The notes under the pieces were generated by a model that was given only the letters and a program-made list of their open reading frames with translations, did not search any database and was not told the origin of the DNA. Source: Vulcanisaeta distributa DSM 14429 (GTDB lineage: Archaea; Thermoproteota; Thermoprotei; Thermoproteales; Thermocladiaceae). Taken from it: DNA of 32,000 nucleotides. Within the stretch, counting starts at the first letter, position 1; each line of letters starts with the position of its first letter. Position numbers and translations under genes: made by a program. The stretch covers positions 510,001-542,000 of the forward strand of contig NC_014537.1 of the NCBI RefSeq assembly GCF_000148385.1. The letters are read 5' to 3'. Positions 9,856-17,215 of this stretch are shown here, piece after piece.

Positions 9856-10655
9856 GGTATGAATAACCTCCTAAATAACCTATCATACATTCTATATTGA
9901 CGGGTTCTGACAAACCTAACCTTCCTATCACTCGGCACAATACGTATCTCGGCACCCCTCTGTGCAACAATACCATCACAGAGGATATGAGCAACTTCAC
10001 TAGTTAATACTTTAACGGGTACCTCGTATGGATGTACAATGGGGACCAGAGCCCTCGAGAAGGGTGCAAGGGGCACTATTAACTTCACGGCCAATCTACT
10101 ATCGACTGCTGGGCCTCCTGCCGCTAATGCGTACGCCGTGGAACCAGTCGGCGTAGCTATTATGACACCGTCCATCCTAGCCCTCATTATCTCCTCACCG
10201 CCATCCTCAACGATAGTCACATTTATCAAGTGACCTGGGTCGACGCCCTTAACTAAAACCTCATTCAATGCCGTGCACTCGAAATCTGTGGCGATAGCCT
10301 TCAATGTGAGCCTTTCCTCAACCGTATACTCCCCCTTAACTATCTTATCAAGAACCTGGGGTAACTCCCTGGCGCTCACATCGCTTAAATAATTAACCCT
10401 GCCAGTCCCTATATGGAGTATGGGGGTGTTGATGGAATTTGCGATCTCATGAATGAACCTTAACACAGTCCCATCACCGCCAATCACCATTGCCATGTCA
10501 ACGTCTTGGGAACCATCCCACTTCGGTATGCCTAGGTTCTTAACCTCCACGTCTCTAGCGGCGATTGTTTCAACCCCATTACTACTGAGTCTATTGATAA
10601 TTAATTTCGCCAATGCATAATCCTCATACTTGCCAATGTACATCATTATCCTCAT
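9852..10655 (-). CDS. nadK: NAD(+) kinase
   Basis: GGDGT motif (VIGGDGTVLRF) and ATPTGSTAYALAAGGP signature. Confidence 0.9.
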   Translation of the reverse strand: MRIMMYIGKYEDYALAKLIINRLSSNGVETIAARDVEVKNLGIPKWDGSQDVDMAMVIGGDGTVLRFIHEIANSINTPILHIGTGRVNYLSDVSARELPQVLDKIVKGEYTVEERLTLKAIATDFECTALNEVLVKGVDPGHLINVTIVEDGGEEIMRARMDGVIIATPTGSTAYALAAGGPAVDSRLAVKLIVPLAPFSRALVPIVHPYEVPVKVLTSEVAHILCDGIVAQRGAEIRIVPSDRKVRFVRTRQYRMYDRLFRRLFIP

Positions 10656-10720
10656 TAATACTCAGGCTAATGCATAACCAAGCGAATTAATAAGTAATTT
10701 CTCAGGGAATTACTCGACAG

Positions 10721-10735
10721 AAAACCTTTTATTAG
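10721..10735 (+). promoter_or_regulatory. TATA box for aIF5A
   Basis: AAAACCTTTTATTAG is centred ~27 nt upstream of ATG 10756 but only ~15 nt from ATG 10744. Confidence 0.4.
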
Positions 10736-10755
10736 CTCTAGCTATGTCGATTTGT

Positions 10756-11154
10756 ATGTCTACGAAACCAACGGAGGCAGGTTCTGTGAAGGAGGGCAGT
10801 TACATAATGATTGATGGGGAGCCATGTAAGGTGGTTGAGGTTGAGAAGAGTAAGACTGGTAAGCATGGCTCCGCCAAGGTGAGGATTGTGGGTATTGGTG
10901 TCTTTGATAATGTAAAGAGGACATTAATAGTGCCTGCTGATGCCCAGGTTGAGGTGCCGATTATTGAGAAGTTCGTTGCTCAGGTCGTGGCTAAGGTGGG
11001 TGATTCCTGGCAGTTAATGGATCTTAGGAATTACAGTACCTTTGAGGTTGGTCAGGACCAGATGGAGGAGGAGGTTAAGGGTAGGATTGAGCCTGGTGTT
11101 GAGGTTGAGGTTTGGGATATCGCTGGGCGGAGGAAGATAATTAGGGTTAGGTAA
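10756..11154 (+). CDS. eif5a: Translation initiation factor 5A (aIF5A)
   Basis: Hypusine loop [11 protein letters not shown], with SH3-like N-domain and OB C-domain length. Start re-called to the second in-frame ATG (MSTKP) from TATA spacing; 10744 is an alternative. Confidence 0.9.
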   Translation: MSTKPTEAGSVKEGSYIMIDGEPCKVVEVEKSKTGKHGSAKVRIVGIGVFDNVKRTLIVPADAQVEVPIIEKFVAQVVAKVGDSWQLMDLRNYSTFEVGQDQMEEEVKGRIEPGVEVEVWDIAGRRKIIRVR

Positions 11155-11161
11155 ATTAAAA

Positions 11162-11725
11162 TTAGCCAACGAAAATCCTGTATTGGTCAGCGCCCTGTAA
11201 CTCCCTCAATATCCTATCAATAATTAACTTCTCAGGATCGATACCAACCCTACTCTTTATGTCCTCAAAGGACTGAAAGGGCTTCTTCCTCCTCTCCTCA
11301 AGTATTTGCCAAAGGGTCTTCTTACCAATGCCCCTGAGAAGCTCAAGACTATGCATCTTAAGGGTTATTGGCCCAGCCTTATTAAAGAAGTCCACGAACC
11401 TATTCTCCTGGGCCTTAACAATCTTGGCAACAACCTCGGGAAGAGCGTTCTTAGCCTCGTTGGTGAGCTCGTCATAGCTAATCCTCCTCACAATCTTATT
11501 CACCTTATCCCTAGTCCCACTGCCTATGTAAACCCTCTCACCAACCTCAGCCGTTGCGTTAGGCTTAAGCGTTAATTCAAGTAACGTGAAGAATTGCTCA
11601 CCAACGGCTTGCACGTAGACTTCATTCCTTGGGAAGCCCTTCTTTATTAGGGACGGATCCTTAATGAGCATTTGCTCCGGAGGTATTATATCGAGTATGT
11701 ATGCGTAGTCCTCCCTCTTAACCAT
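11162..11725 (-). CDS. DUF655-family putative RNA/nucleotide-binding protein (OB plus HhH)
   Basis: N-terminus EDYAYILDIIPP, FTLLEL, RFVDFFNKAGPIT and LELLRGIGKK are typical of DUF655. It lies 12 nt downstream of rpoF, the conserved archaeal neighbour. Confidence 0.75.
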   Translation of the reverse strand: MVKREDYAYILDIIPPEQMLIKDPSLIKKGFPRNEVYVQAVGEQFFTLLELTLKPNATAEVGERVYIGSGTRDKVNKIVRRISYDELTNEAKNALPEVVAKIVKAQENRFVDFFNKAGPITLKMHSLELLRGIGKKTLWQILEERRKKPFQSFEDIKSRVGIDPEKLIIDRILRELQGADQYRIFVG

Positions 11726-11737
11726 TCAGAACACCCC

Positions 11738-12085
11738 TTAAGAACCCCTGGCATTCTTTAGTAGGTTAAGGATCTCCTCAACATCCTTATCACTAAACTC
11801 CCTCTTCTCAGCCCCAAGCAGTACCCTAAGCTCATCGGCCGTCTGTGGCATCAAATCAACTATCTGAATAGTGGTTAGCCTAGCCAGGCCGAACCTCTTC
11901 ATCAACTCCGAAATCAATTCCCTAGCCTTGTCTGGGCCAACCTTGGAGAACTTCCTGAGGTAGTCCAGGGTGTTGTTGACAACCTCATCCGTAATACTGG
12001 GGTTAGCACTGAGTAGTTTTTCCTCGAGAATCCTGAGTGCCTCTGCCATGGGAATATCCTCAGAATTAATGATACGCTTAACCAC
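11738..12085 (-). CDS. rpoF: DNA-directed RNA polymerase subunit Rpo4 (RpoF)
   Basis: 115 aa. The pattern L-YLRKFSK...A-ELISELMKRF-L-----IQIVDLMPQTADELR resembles Rpo4/F. Conserved L21e/RpoF/DUF655 neighbourhood. Confidence 0.75.
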   Translation of the reverse strand: MVKRIINSEDIPMAEALRILEEKLLSANPSITDEVVNNTLDYLRKFSKVGPDKARELISELMKRFGLARLTTIQIVDLMPQTADELRVLLGAEKREFSDKDVEEILNLLKNARGS

Positions 12086-12183
12086 AATAAATCCCTAATA
12101 AAAATCCCTATTTAAATTTAAGGATTGGCGAAAATTAATCATTAATGAAGGGAATGCTTAAATACTCCATAGAGTGATGGTGC

Positions 12184-12519
12184 TTGGGGTTCATCGTGCA
12201 CCGAACACACGGTCTTCGCTACAAGTCGAGGAAGCTACTCAGTAAGAAGCCCAGGGAGAAGGGTAGGCCGGGGATTTCCAGGTGGCTCTATGAGTATAAT
12301 GTGGGTGATAAGGTTGTCATTGACATAGACCCAACATTCATAACCACGGCACCGCATAGGAGGTATCAGGGCAAGGTGGGCACAATAATCGGCAGGAGGG
12401 GTAAGGCCTACGAAATCGAGATATACGTTGGCGGTAAAAGAAAGGTCATCATAACGACGCCCGATCACATTGTACCCTTCAAGGCCCAGCCCACCGAGAC
12501 TAAGGCATCAGCATCATGA
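12184..12519 (+). CDS. rpl21e: 50S ribosomal protein eL21
   Basis: HRTHGLRYKSRKLL N-terminus and SH3-like core (GDKVVIDIDP...YQGKVGTIIGRRGKAY). The true start may be GTG 12196 (MHRTHG...). Confidence 0.85.
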   Translation: MGFIVHRTHGLRYKSRKLLSKKPREKGRPGISRWLYEYNVGDKVVIDIDPTFITTAPHRRYQGKVGTIIGRRGKAYEIEIYVGGKRKVIITTPDHIVPFKAQPTETKASAS

Positions 12520-12526
12520 TTAATCA

Positions 12527-13765
12527 CTAATCACTTATATTGAGTATGTCAATCTCGACAGGCCTAACACTAAAGCCTAATGTACCGGCGATGCTCGGCT
12601 CGACATCCCCCAAACCACCATGCACAAAGCCCCTAATGTATAGGTTGCCCTGACACCTAATCAGGAACTCCACAAGCCTATCCCTGATAACCCTACCATC
12701 AAGCTCGTAAACCATACTAATCCTTCTCCTAATCCTACGACCACGCCTAAACACCTGGACCACCTGCCTATTCCTGAAGTAATCATGCAGTGACTTAATG
12801 TTTTCGTTAGTAACGGAGTTATCAGTAATTGCTAGGACCCTATACGTAATCACGTAATCCCTGACCCTAGCCTTCATTTTAACCACTGCGGAGGCCCTAA
12901 CCCTAGATAGGTTATCAAGCACAATGTCATAGCCTGAATCCTTAAGCAATGCATAGACATCATTAACGTCAGGCCTTTTACTGGGCTTGACCACCTGCAG
13001 TATTACTGGTCTACCATTACCAAGGACCCTGACACCCATTGGATCCTCACCACCAGTGTGTATTACCACGTCCTGGGCATTATATGCCTGGATTACCCTA
13101 TCAATGGGCCACTTGACCTGACCCTCCTCATTAATTAGCCTATGGACCTTCCTATACCTAGCCGATATGTATATTGGCATTATCTGTACCTCCACGGAAC
13201 CTGTGTTAACGTCTATGACCACCTCCACGTCGGGCTCCTCCCTATTAAATGATACACCGAGCATCGCCGAGACCCTCTTACCCAACTCCCTATTGATCTC
13301 GCGCTTAATGGATTCGGCACTCGATATGTTAAACTCTGTGGTTATGCTCAACTCCCTATTCTGGATATCCAGCGGCACCCTACTACCTAACCTAAAGGAC
13401 CTAAACTCAATGCCAAGGGATCTAAGGCTATTTACAATATTATTAACCCACTCATTAAGTCTGTTGAAGATCGTATCACCGCACACGTAGCATCTAGCTG
13501 GCGATACGTTAATACCCATGTTACTTAGGAACTTTATGCTTGGTTCATGACCACTCACTGCCAGCGCCTTAACATCATTGAGTAACTCATCACTTAATCC
13601 CTCATTTAATATCCTCTCATGAATCCTCATCAATAAGTAATCCTTAATCGCCCTACCCCTCTCCTCATTATCAAGCCCAGTACCCAACCTGGCAAATAAC
13701 CTACCCAGGCAGTGATTACACAGTGGGTACTTCCTCAGTATGTCCATGGCCCTCTCAATACTCAT
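12527..13765 (-). CDS. pus10: tRNA pseudouridine(54/55) synthase Pus10
   Basis: N-terminal Zn motif CNHCLGRLFA plus CYVCGD, a THUMP-size middle region, and catalytic segment GGEDPMGVRVLGNGRP. Start re-called to ATG 13765 (MSIERAMDILRKYPLCNHC). The 29-aa ORF-track extension is hydrophobic junk that overlaps the divergent promoter. Confidence 0.85.
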   Translation of the reverse strand: MSIERAMDILRKYPLCNHCLGRLFARLGTGLDNEERGRAIKDYLLMRIHERILNEGLSDELLNDVKALAVSGHEPSIKFLSNMGINVSPARCYVCGDTIFNRLNEWVNNIVNSLRSLGIEFRSFRLGSRVPLDIQNRELSITTEFNISSAESIKREINRELGKRVSAMLGVSFNREEPDVEVVIDVNTGSVEVQIMPIYISARYRKVHRLINEEGQVKWPIDRVIQAYNAQDVVIHTGGEDPMGVRVLGNGRPVILQVVKPSKRPDVNDVYALLKDSGYDIVLDNLSRVRASAVVKMKARVRDYVITYRVLAITDNSVTNENIKSLHDYFRNRQVVQVFRRGRRIRRRISMVYELDGRVIRDRLVEFLIRCQGNLYIRGFVHGGLGDVEPSIAGTLGFSVRPVEIDILNISD

Positions 13766-13790
13766 ATCAACGCGTATACTGGACGTAGTA

Positions 13791-13814
13791 AGTATATTAA
13801 AGCATATAATTAAG
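13791..13814. promoter_or_regulatory. Shared divergent promoter region (Pus10 / LAGLIDADG-like gene)
   Basis: AGTATATTAAAGCATATAATTAAG. TATATTAAA is ~32 nt from ATG 13765 (minus strand) and ~27 nt from GTG 13824 (plus strand). Confidence 0.4.
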
Positions 13815-13823
13815 AGGTTTCCC

Positions 13824-14378
13824 GTGGACCCATACCTAATTGGCGCCTTCATGAATGAGTGCTCGGTGATGTGGAGAAGCGTTGAGGGCTTTTCCGACGC
13901 TGTTGACTACGTGAGGTCATTAGAGCCTGGAATCACCATGAGTAATAACATTCTTAACGCAACAAGTAGCCTATGCGATGAGGTAAATAAAATCCTGCAG
14001 AAGCCAACTAGGTTGCTGATGTTTTTTAACATTAATGATTGGATTAGATTGCTCAGGGGGCTTTATGACTTTTATGGGGAATTAATCGACCCAGAGCCCA
14101 GCCTTGATATTCCCAATTTCGTACTCAGCATTAGGATACCAAATAAGTCGCTGGGACTTGCATTGAGGATTGCATTGAAGTTCCTGGGCATTAATAGTAA
14201 TGTGTTTCCTGGCAATGACGGCAAACTCTACCTGGTTATCCACGAGAGAGAGTCAATAGCCAGGTTTATAAAGACAGTGAAGCCACATTTAGACCCTGAA
14301 CTGAACATAGCCCTAAGAAACAAGTGGATTAAGCATTACATAGGCTCTGGCGAGCCCCTGGTAATCATTAAGGAGTAG
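13824..14378 (+). CDS. Free-standing LAGLIDADG-type (I-DmoI-like) homing-endonuclease homolog, partly degenerate
   Basis: Two dodecapeptide-like motifs, YLIGAFMNECSV and LLRGLYDFYGEL. After the second comes an IRIPNKSLGLALRIALKFLGINSNV...KLYLVIHERESIARFIKTV segment that parallels the I-DmoI C-lobe (recalled from memory). Start proposed at GTG 13824; the ORF-track ATG 13740 overlaps Pus10. Confidence 0.5.
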   Translation: MDPYLIGAFMNECSVMWRSVEGFSDAVDYVRSLEPGITMSNNILNATSSLCDEVNKILQKPTRLLMFFNINDWIRLLRGLYDFYGELIDPEPSLDIPNFVLSIRIPNKSLGLALRIALKFLGINSNVFPGNDGKLYLVIHERESIARFIKTVKPHLDPELNIALRNKWIKHYIGSGEPLVIIKE

Positions 14379-14432
14379 CCTCAGCCGGTTTAGGCCTCGC
14401 CATCGATCGGCGTGGGTTCAACTCATCATTAC
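14379..14432 (-). ncRNA. C/D box sRNA (2'-O-methylation guide), minus strand
   Basis: On the minus strand: C AUGAUGA (14429-14423), 12 nt, D' CCGA (14410-14407), 3 nt, C' AUGGCGA (14403-14397), 12 nt, D CUGA (14384-14381). This is the exact 12-nt/12-nt archaeal architecture. The internal boxes are degenerate, as is common. Confidence 0.6.
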
Positions 14433-14469
14433 AATTATTATTTAAGGGGGCTGCGTATTAAGCTTTGTT
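14430..14469. promoter_or_regulatory. Putative bidirectional promoter core between the two sRNAs
   Basis: TTATTTAA (14438-14445) is ~28 nt upstream of the plus-strand C box. A weaker CTTAATAC on the minus strand (14455-14462) is ~30 nt upstream of the minus-strand C box. Confidence 0.35.
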
Positions 14470-14522
14470 GTGATGACCAGCGATTACTGATTTAACCGTG
14501 ATGATGCGTGTGAGGGCTGATT
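14466..14522 (+). ncRNA. C/D box sRNA (2'-O-methylation guide), plus strand
   Basis: C GUGAUGA (14470-14476), 10 nt, D' CUGA (14487-14490), 7 nt, C' GUGAUGA (14498-14504), 12 nt, D CUGA (14517-14520). All four boxes are canonical. The ends are approximate. Confidence 0.75.
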
Positions 14523-15087
14523 ATATTGGGTAGTCGAAGTTCGTCTCCGCCTGCCTGAGCGGTGGGCATTTACTGTCCTTCTCACTGATTATCACGTTTT
14601 CCCTAATCGGCCATGGTATGCCTATTTCAGGGTCATTCCAGGCAACGCACCTCTCATGCTGCGGGCTATACTCCTTGGTCTGTAGATATAGGAATAATGT
14701 GTCGTCCTCGAGGGCTTGAAATCCATGGGCAAAGCCCGGCGGTACCCAGAGTAGCCTCGGGTTGTCAGCCGAGAGTTCGACCATTACGTACTTACCAAAC
14801 CAGGGTGAACCCCTCCTAACGTCAACAGCCACATCAACTACGCGACCCCTAATCACCGTGACTAGCTTCCCCTGCTCCATGGGCTTAAGTTGGTAGTGAA
14901 GCCCACGTACGACACCACGCCTCGACTTACTTAGGCTTACTTGGACGAAGTCATAAGGAATACCGCCAGCTAGGAAGTCTGTCCTCTTGTAAAGCTCCGC
15001 GAAGAAGCCCCTGACATCTGGGAAGACCACGGGCTCCACGAGTATTACGTCGGGTATTTCAAGCCTCACAAAGTTCTTAAATGGCAT
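14521..15087 (-). CDS. rmlC: dTDP-4-dehydrorhamnose 3,5-epimerase
   Basis: Cupin-fold RmlC motifs DVRGFF, RGLHYQ and PPGFAHGF. Confidence 0.9.
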   Translation of the reverse strand: MPFKNFVRLEIPDVILVEPVVFPDVRGFFAELYKRTDFLAGGIPYDFVQVSLSKSRRGVVRGLHYQLKPMEQGKLVTVIRGRVVDVAVDVRRGSPWFGKYVMVELSADNPRLLWVPPGFAHGFQALEDDTLFLYLQTKEYSPQHERCVAWNDPEIGIPWPIRENVIISEKDSKCPPLRQAETNFDYPI

Positions 15088-15193
15088 AGTTAAGCCTTAG
15101 TAAGGCAGATTAAAAGGAATACCCACAGTCCCTGATTAGATAGAATGACTTCTGGAAATTGGTTAATAAGCCAGTCATTAACCACGTTACCTA

Positions 15194-15796
15194 ATGAATG
15201 CTGTTGTTAAGCCGGAGATAGTGGTGACACTTAATGGCGAGAATATAGGCGTGATTCCAAGGTATGATAGCGAGTATGTGCTAATGAGGGAGAGGGACTT
15301 CAACGTGATACTTGATAATACGAACCTCGAAATAATGCTAGCCGTGATAAGTGGACATAACACATTTACGCAGATTATGAAGAGGACAAACCTGCAGAGA
15401 GGTAAATTATCGAGGCATTTAAGGAGAATGTTAAATGCTGGTTGGATTATTAAGAGTGGTAATAGGTACTTACCCAGTGGGCGCATTTACGTTGTTTATG
15501 ATGTACGTGATGTTGATGGTGAGATAATGCTTAGTATATTAATGAGTAAGGGCGCATTTATTGACCCATTTCATGGACTTGTGATAATAAATGGTGAACC
15601 ACTGAGTAATTACTGCTCAACCTGCCCACTCAGGCAGGCCTGCGTTAATAATGTTAAGTCCCTGGCCCGTAAGTACAACATCGAGTTAAGGGGTGCTGAA
15701 CCAAGTGAGGCCTATGTGGAGTTGTTCAGGGAATTAGTTAGGAGGGATTTGATCAGGAAATTTAAGAGTGGTTGGAGAATCGTTGTTATGAAGTAA
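15194..15796 (+). CDS. Winged-helix (ArsR/MarR-like) DNA-binding protein with an uncharacterised Cys-containing C-terminal domain
   Basis: Residues ~45-100 (LEIMLAVISGHNTFTQIMKRTNLQRGKLSRHLRRMLNAGWIIKSGNRY) look like helix-turn-helix plus a wing. The C-terminal ~100 aa carries CSTCPLRQAC. No family is recognised. Confidence 0.55.
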   Translation: MNAVVKPEIVVTLNGENIGVIPRYDSEYVLMRERDFNVILDNTNLEIMLAVISGHNTFTQIMKRTNLQRGKLSRHLRRMLNAGWIIKSGNRYLPSGRIYVVYDVRDVDGEIMLSILMSKGAFIDPFHGLVIINGEPLSNYCSTCPLRQACVNNVKSLARKYNIELRGAEPSEAYVELFRELVRRDLIRKFKSGWRIVVMK

Positions 15797-15842
15797 TTGA
15801 AAGATATGTTTATATTTCACTTAGGAATTGAATAATAAGGTA

Positions 15843-16217
15843 ATGGAGGAGACCAATGAGACCTTAGGTAAGGTTGTTAAGGAGTTCCTAAATAGCACTG
15901 ATATTATAAGTGGCGTATACATTGCATCCCTTGACGGGCTATTAGTGGCTCACGCATCTAGGATCGATGTTGACCCAGACCGTGTAGCCGCAATGGTGGC
16001 TTCACTCAGCGCCGTGGGTGATAGGGTTAGTAAGGAGTTACTTAATGAGGACTCCAGCCACGTAATCGTTCAGGCAAGTACGGGCTATATAATAATTAAA
16101 AGGTTTAGGGACTTTGTAATCGGCGTTTTGGTGCATAGCGGTGATAATTCGACAATAGGACTCACAATGCTTGAGTTAGAGAGACTCATCTCATTAATAC
16201 AGAAGCAGTTGAGGTAA
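15843..16217 (+). CDS. Roadblock/LC7 (MglB-like) domain protein
   Basis: GVYIASLDGLLVAHAS...DRVAAMVASLSAVGDRVSKEL...VIVQASTGYIIIKRF...VIGVLV matches the alpha-beta-alpha Roadblock pattern. Start moved to ATG 15843, ~30 nt from TATA ATGTTTATATTTC (15806-15818). Confidence 0.75.
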   Translation: MEETNETLGKVVKEFLNSTDIISGVYIASLDGLLVAHASRIDVDPDRVAAMVASLSAVGDRVSKELLNEDSSHVIVQASTGYIIIKRFRDFVIGVLVHSGDNSTIGLTMLELERLISLIQKQLR

Positions 16218-16272
16218 TAACCCAGTGATGCGGGTAAGGTTTTACTAAATGCGCAGGATTAGTTGATGCGTT

Positions 16273-16683
16273 ATGAGAGTCGTCACGAAGGAGATAACTA
16301 TACAAAGTAGGAGGCGTAGGGAGGTCATTAACATAACGAGCCACATAGAGGATTTCATTAAGAGCTCCGGCATAAGGAATGGCATAGTCCTGGTTTTCCT
16401 GCCACACGCAACCTCAGCCCTATTCGCCAATGAGGACGAACCAAGGATAAGGAGGGATTATGAAAACTTATTCGAAAGGTTAGTACCCGTTAATGGTAAT
16501 TACTATCACAACGATATCGATAATAACGCCGATGCGCACCTCCTATCTTCTATCTTTAAGCAATTCTACGTACTACCAATCGTTAATGGCGAACTCATCC
16601 ACGGAACCTGGCAAGAGGTCTTTCTCGCGGAATTCGATGGACCTAGGAATAGGAGGGTCGTCCTTGTGGCGCTTGGTGAGTGA
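16273..16683 (+). CDS. YjbQ/UPF0047 family protein (secondary thiamine-phosphate synthase-like)
   Basis: Family motifs HATSALFANEDEP, DNNADAHL and GTWQ-VFL-EFDGPR. Confidence 0.8.
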   Translation: MRVVTKEITIQSRRRREVINITSHIEDFIKSSGIRNGIVLVFLPHATSALFANEDEPRIRRDYENLFERLVPVNGNYYHNDIDNNADAHLLSSIFKQFYVLPIVNGELIHGTWQEVFLAEFDGPRNRRVVLVALGE

Positions 16684-16692
16684 ACGTCTTAG

Positions 16693-17202
16693 TTAGAAAT
16701 TCTTGTTAAAACTGAAGCCGTACCTGGCCCTTAACTCCCTATAATTTTCGAGGGGCTCTGTGTAGGCGACTAGGTGCTCAGCTACGTAAATAGGTGCTCC
16801 AAGCCTCACGGCTATTGCGGTGGCATCACTTGGCCTGGCATCTAATTGAAATGTCTCATTTGTCCTATTATCCTTAATGAATATCGTGGCTAGGTAAACA
16901 CCGTCAATCATTGCATCAATAGTAACCTTCTCAACAACGACGTCTAGCCTATTAATTAAGTCGACGAGTAAATCGTGGGTTAAAGGCCTATGAAACGAAA
17001 CTAGCCCCAGGGCCTTCTTTATTGAGAATGACGCGGTCACGTCTATCCTAATGGGTAGTACCCTATCATCCCACTCCTCCGTCGTGAAGAGCATGACTGC
17101 AACGCCCTCTTCGGGGATTTCAATTACATCCAGAAGATCAGCCTTTAGGTACTTCGAATTGCCCGAACTTTCCTCTCTGACCATTATACTAACATTAAGC
17201 AA
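16693..17202 (-). CDS. Bifunctional nuclease (BFN/DUF151) domain protein
   Basis: LPIRIDV...RPLTHDLLVDL...DARPSDATAIAVRLGAPIYV is the DUF151 signature. It lies 13 nt downstream of hisS on the same strand. Confidence 0.75.
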   Translation of the reverse strand: MLNVSIMVREESSGNSKYLKADLLDVIEIPEEGVAVMLFTTEEWDDRVLPIRIDVTASFSIKKALGLVSFHRPLTHDLLVDLINRLDVVVEKVTIDAMIDGVYLATIFIKDNRTNETFQLDARPSDATAIAVRLGAPIYVAEHLVAYTEPLENYRELRARYGFSFNKNF

Positions 17203-17215
17203 CCCCTTTATTTAC

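Noticed and set aside
13740-13852. Apparent 113-bp head-to-head overlap of the pus10 and LAGLIDADG-like ORFs
   Set aside because: It is an artefact of longest-ORF calling. Internal starts (ATG 13765 on the minus strand, GTG 13824 on the plus strand) leave a 58-bp spacer that contains a TATA element correctly spaced for both.
14411-14429. tRNA-like GGGTTCAAC T-arm sequence suggesting a tRNA gene or fragment
   Set aside because: There is no complementary T-stem 3' half, acceptor stem or anticodon arm around it. The sequence is better explained as the antisense of a C/D sRNA guide, flanked at exactly 12 nt by C and D' boxes.
14521-15087. rmlC present without rmlA/B/D neighbours as a sign of a novel sugar pathway
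   Set aside because: Scattered rml genes are common in compact archaeal genomes, and a nucleotidyltransferase/GT pair exists at 4.1-6.0 kb. This is not distinctive enough on sequence alone.
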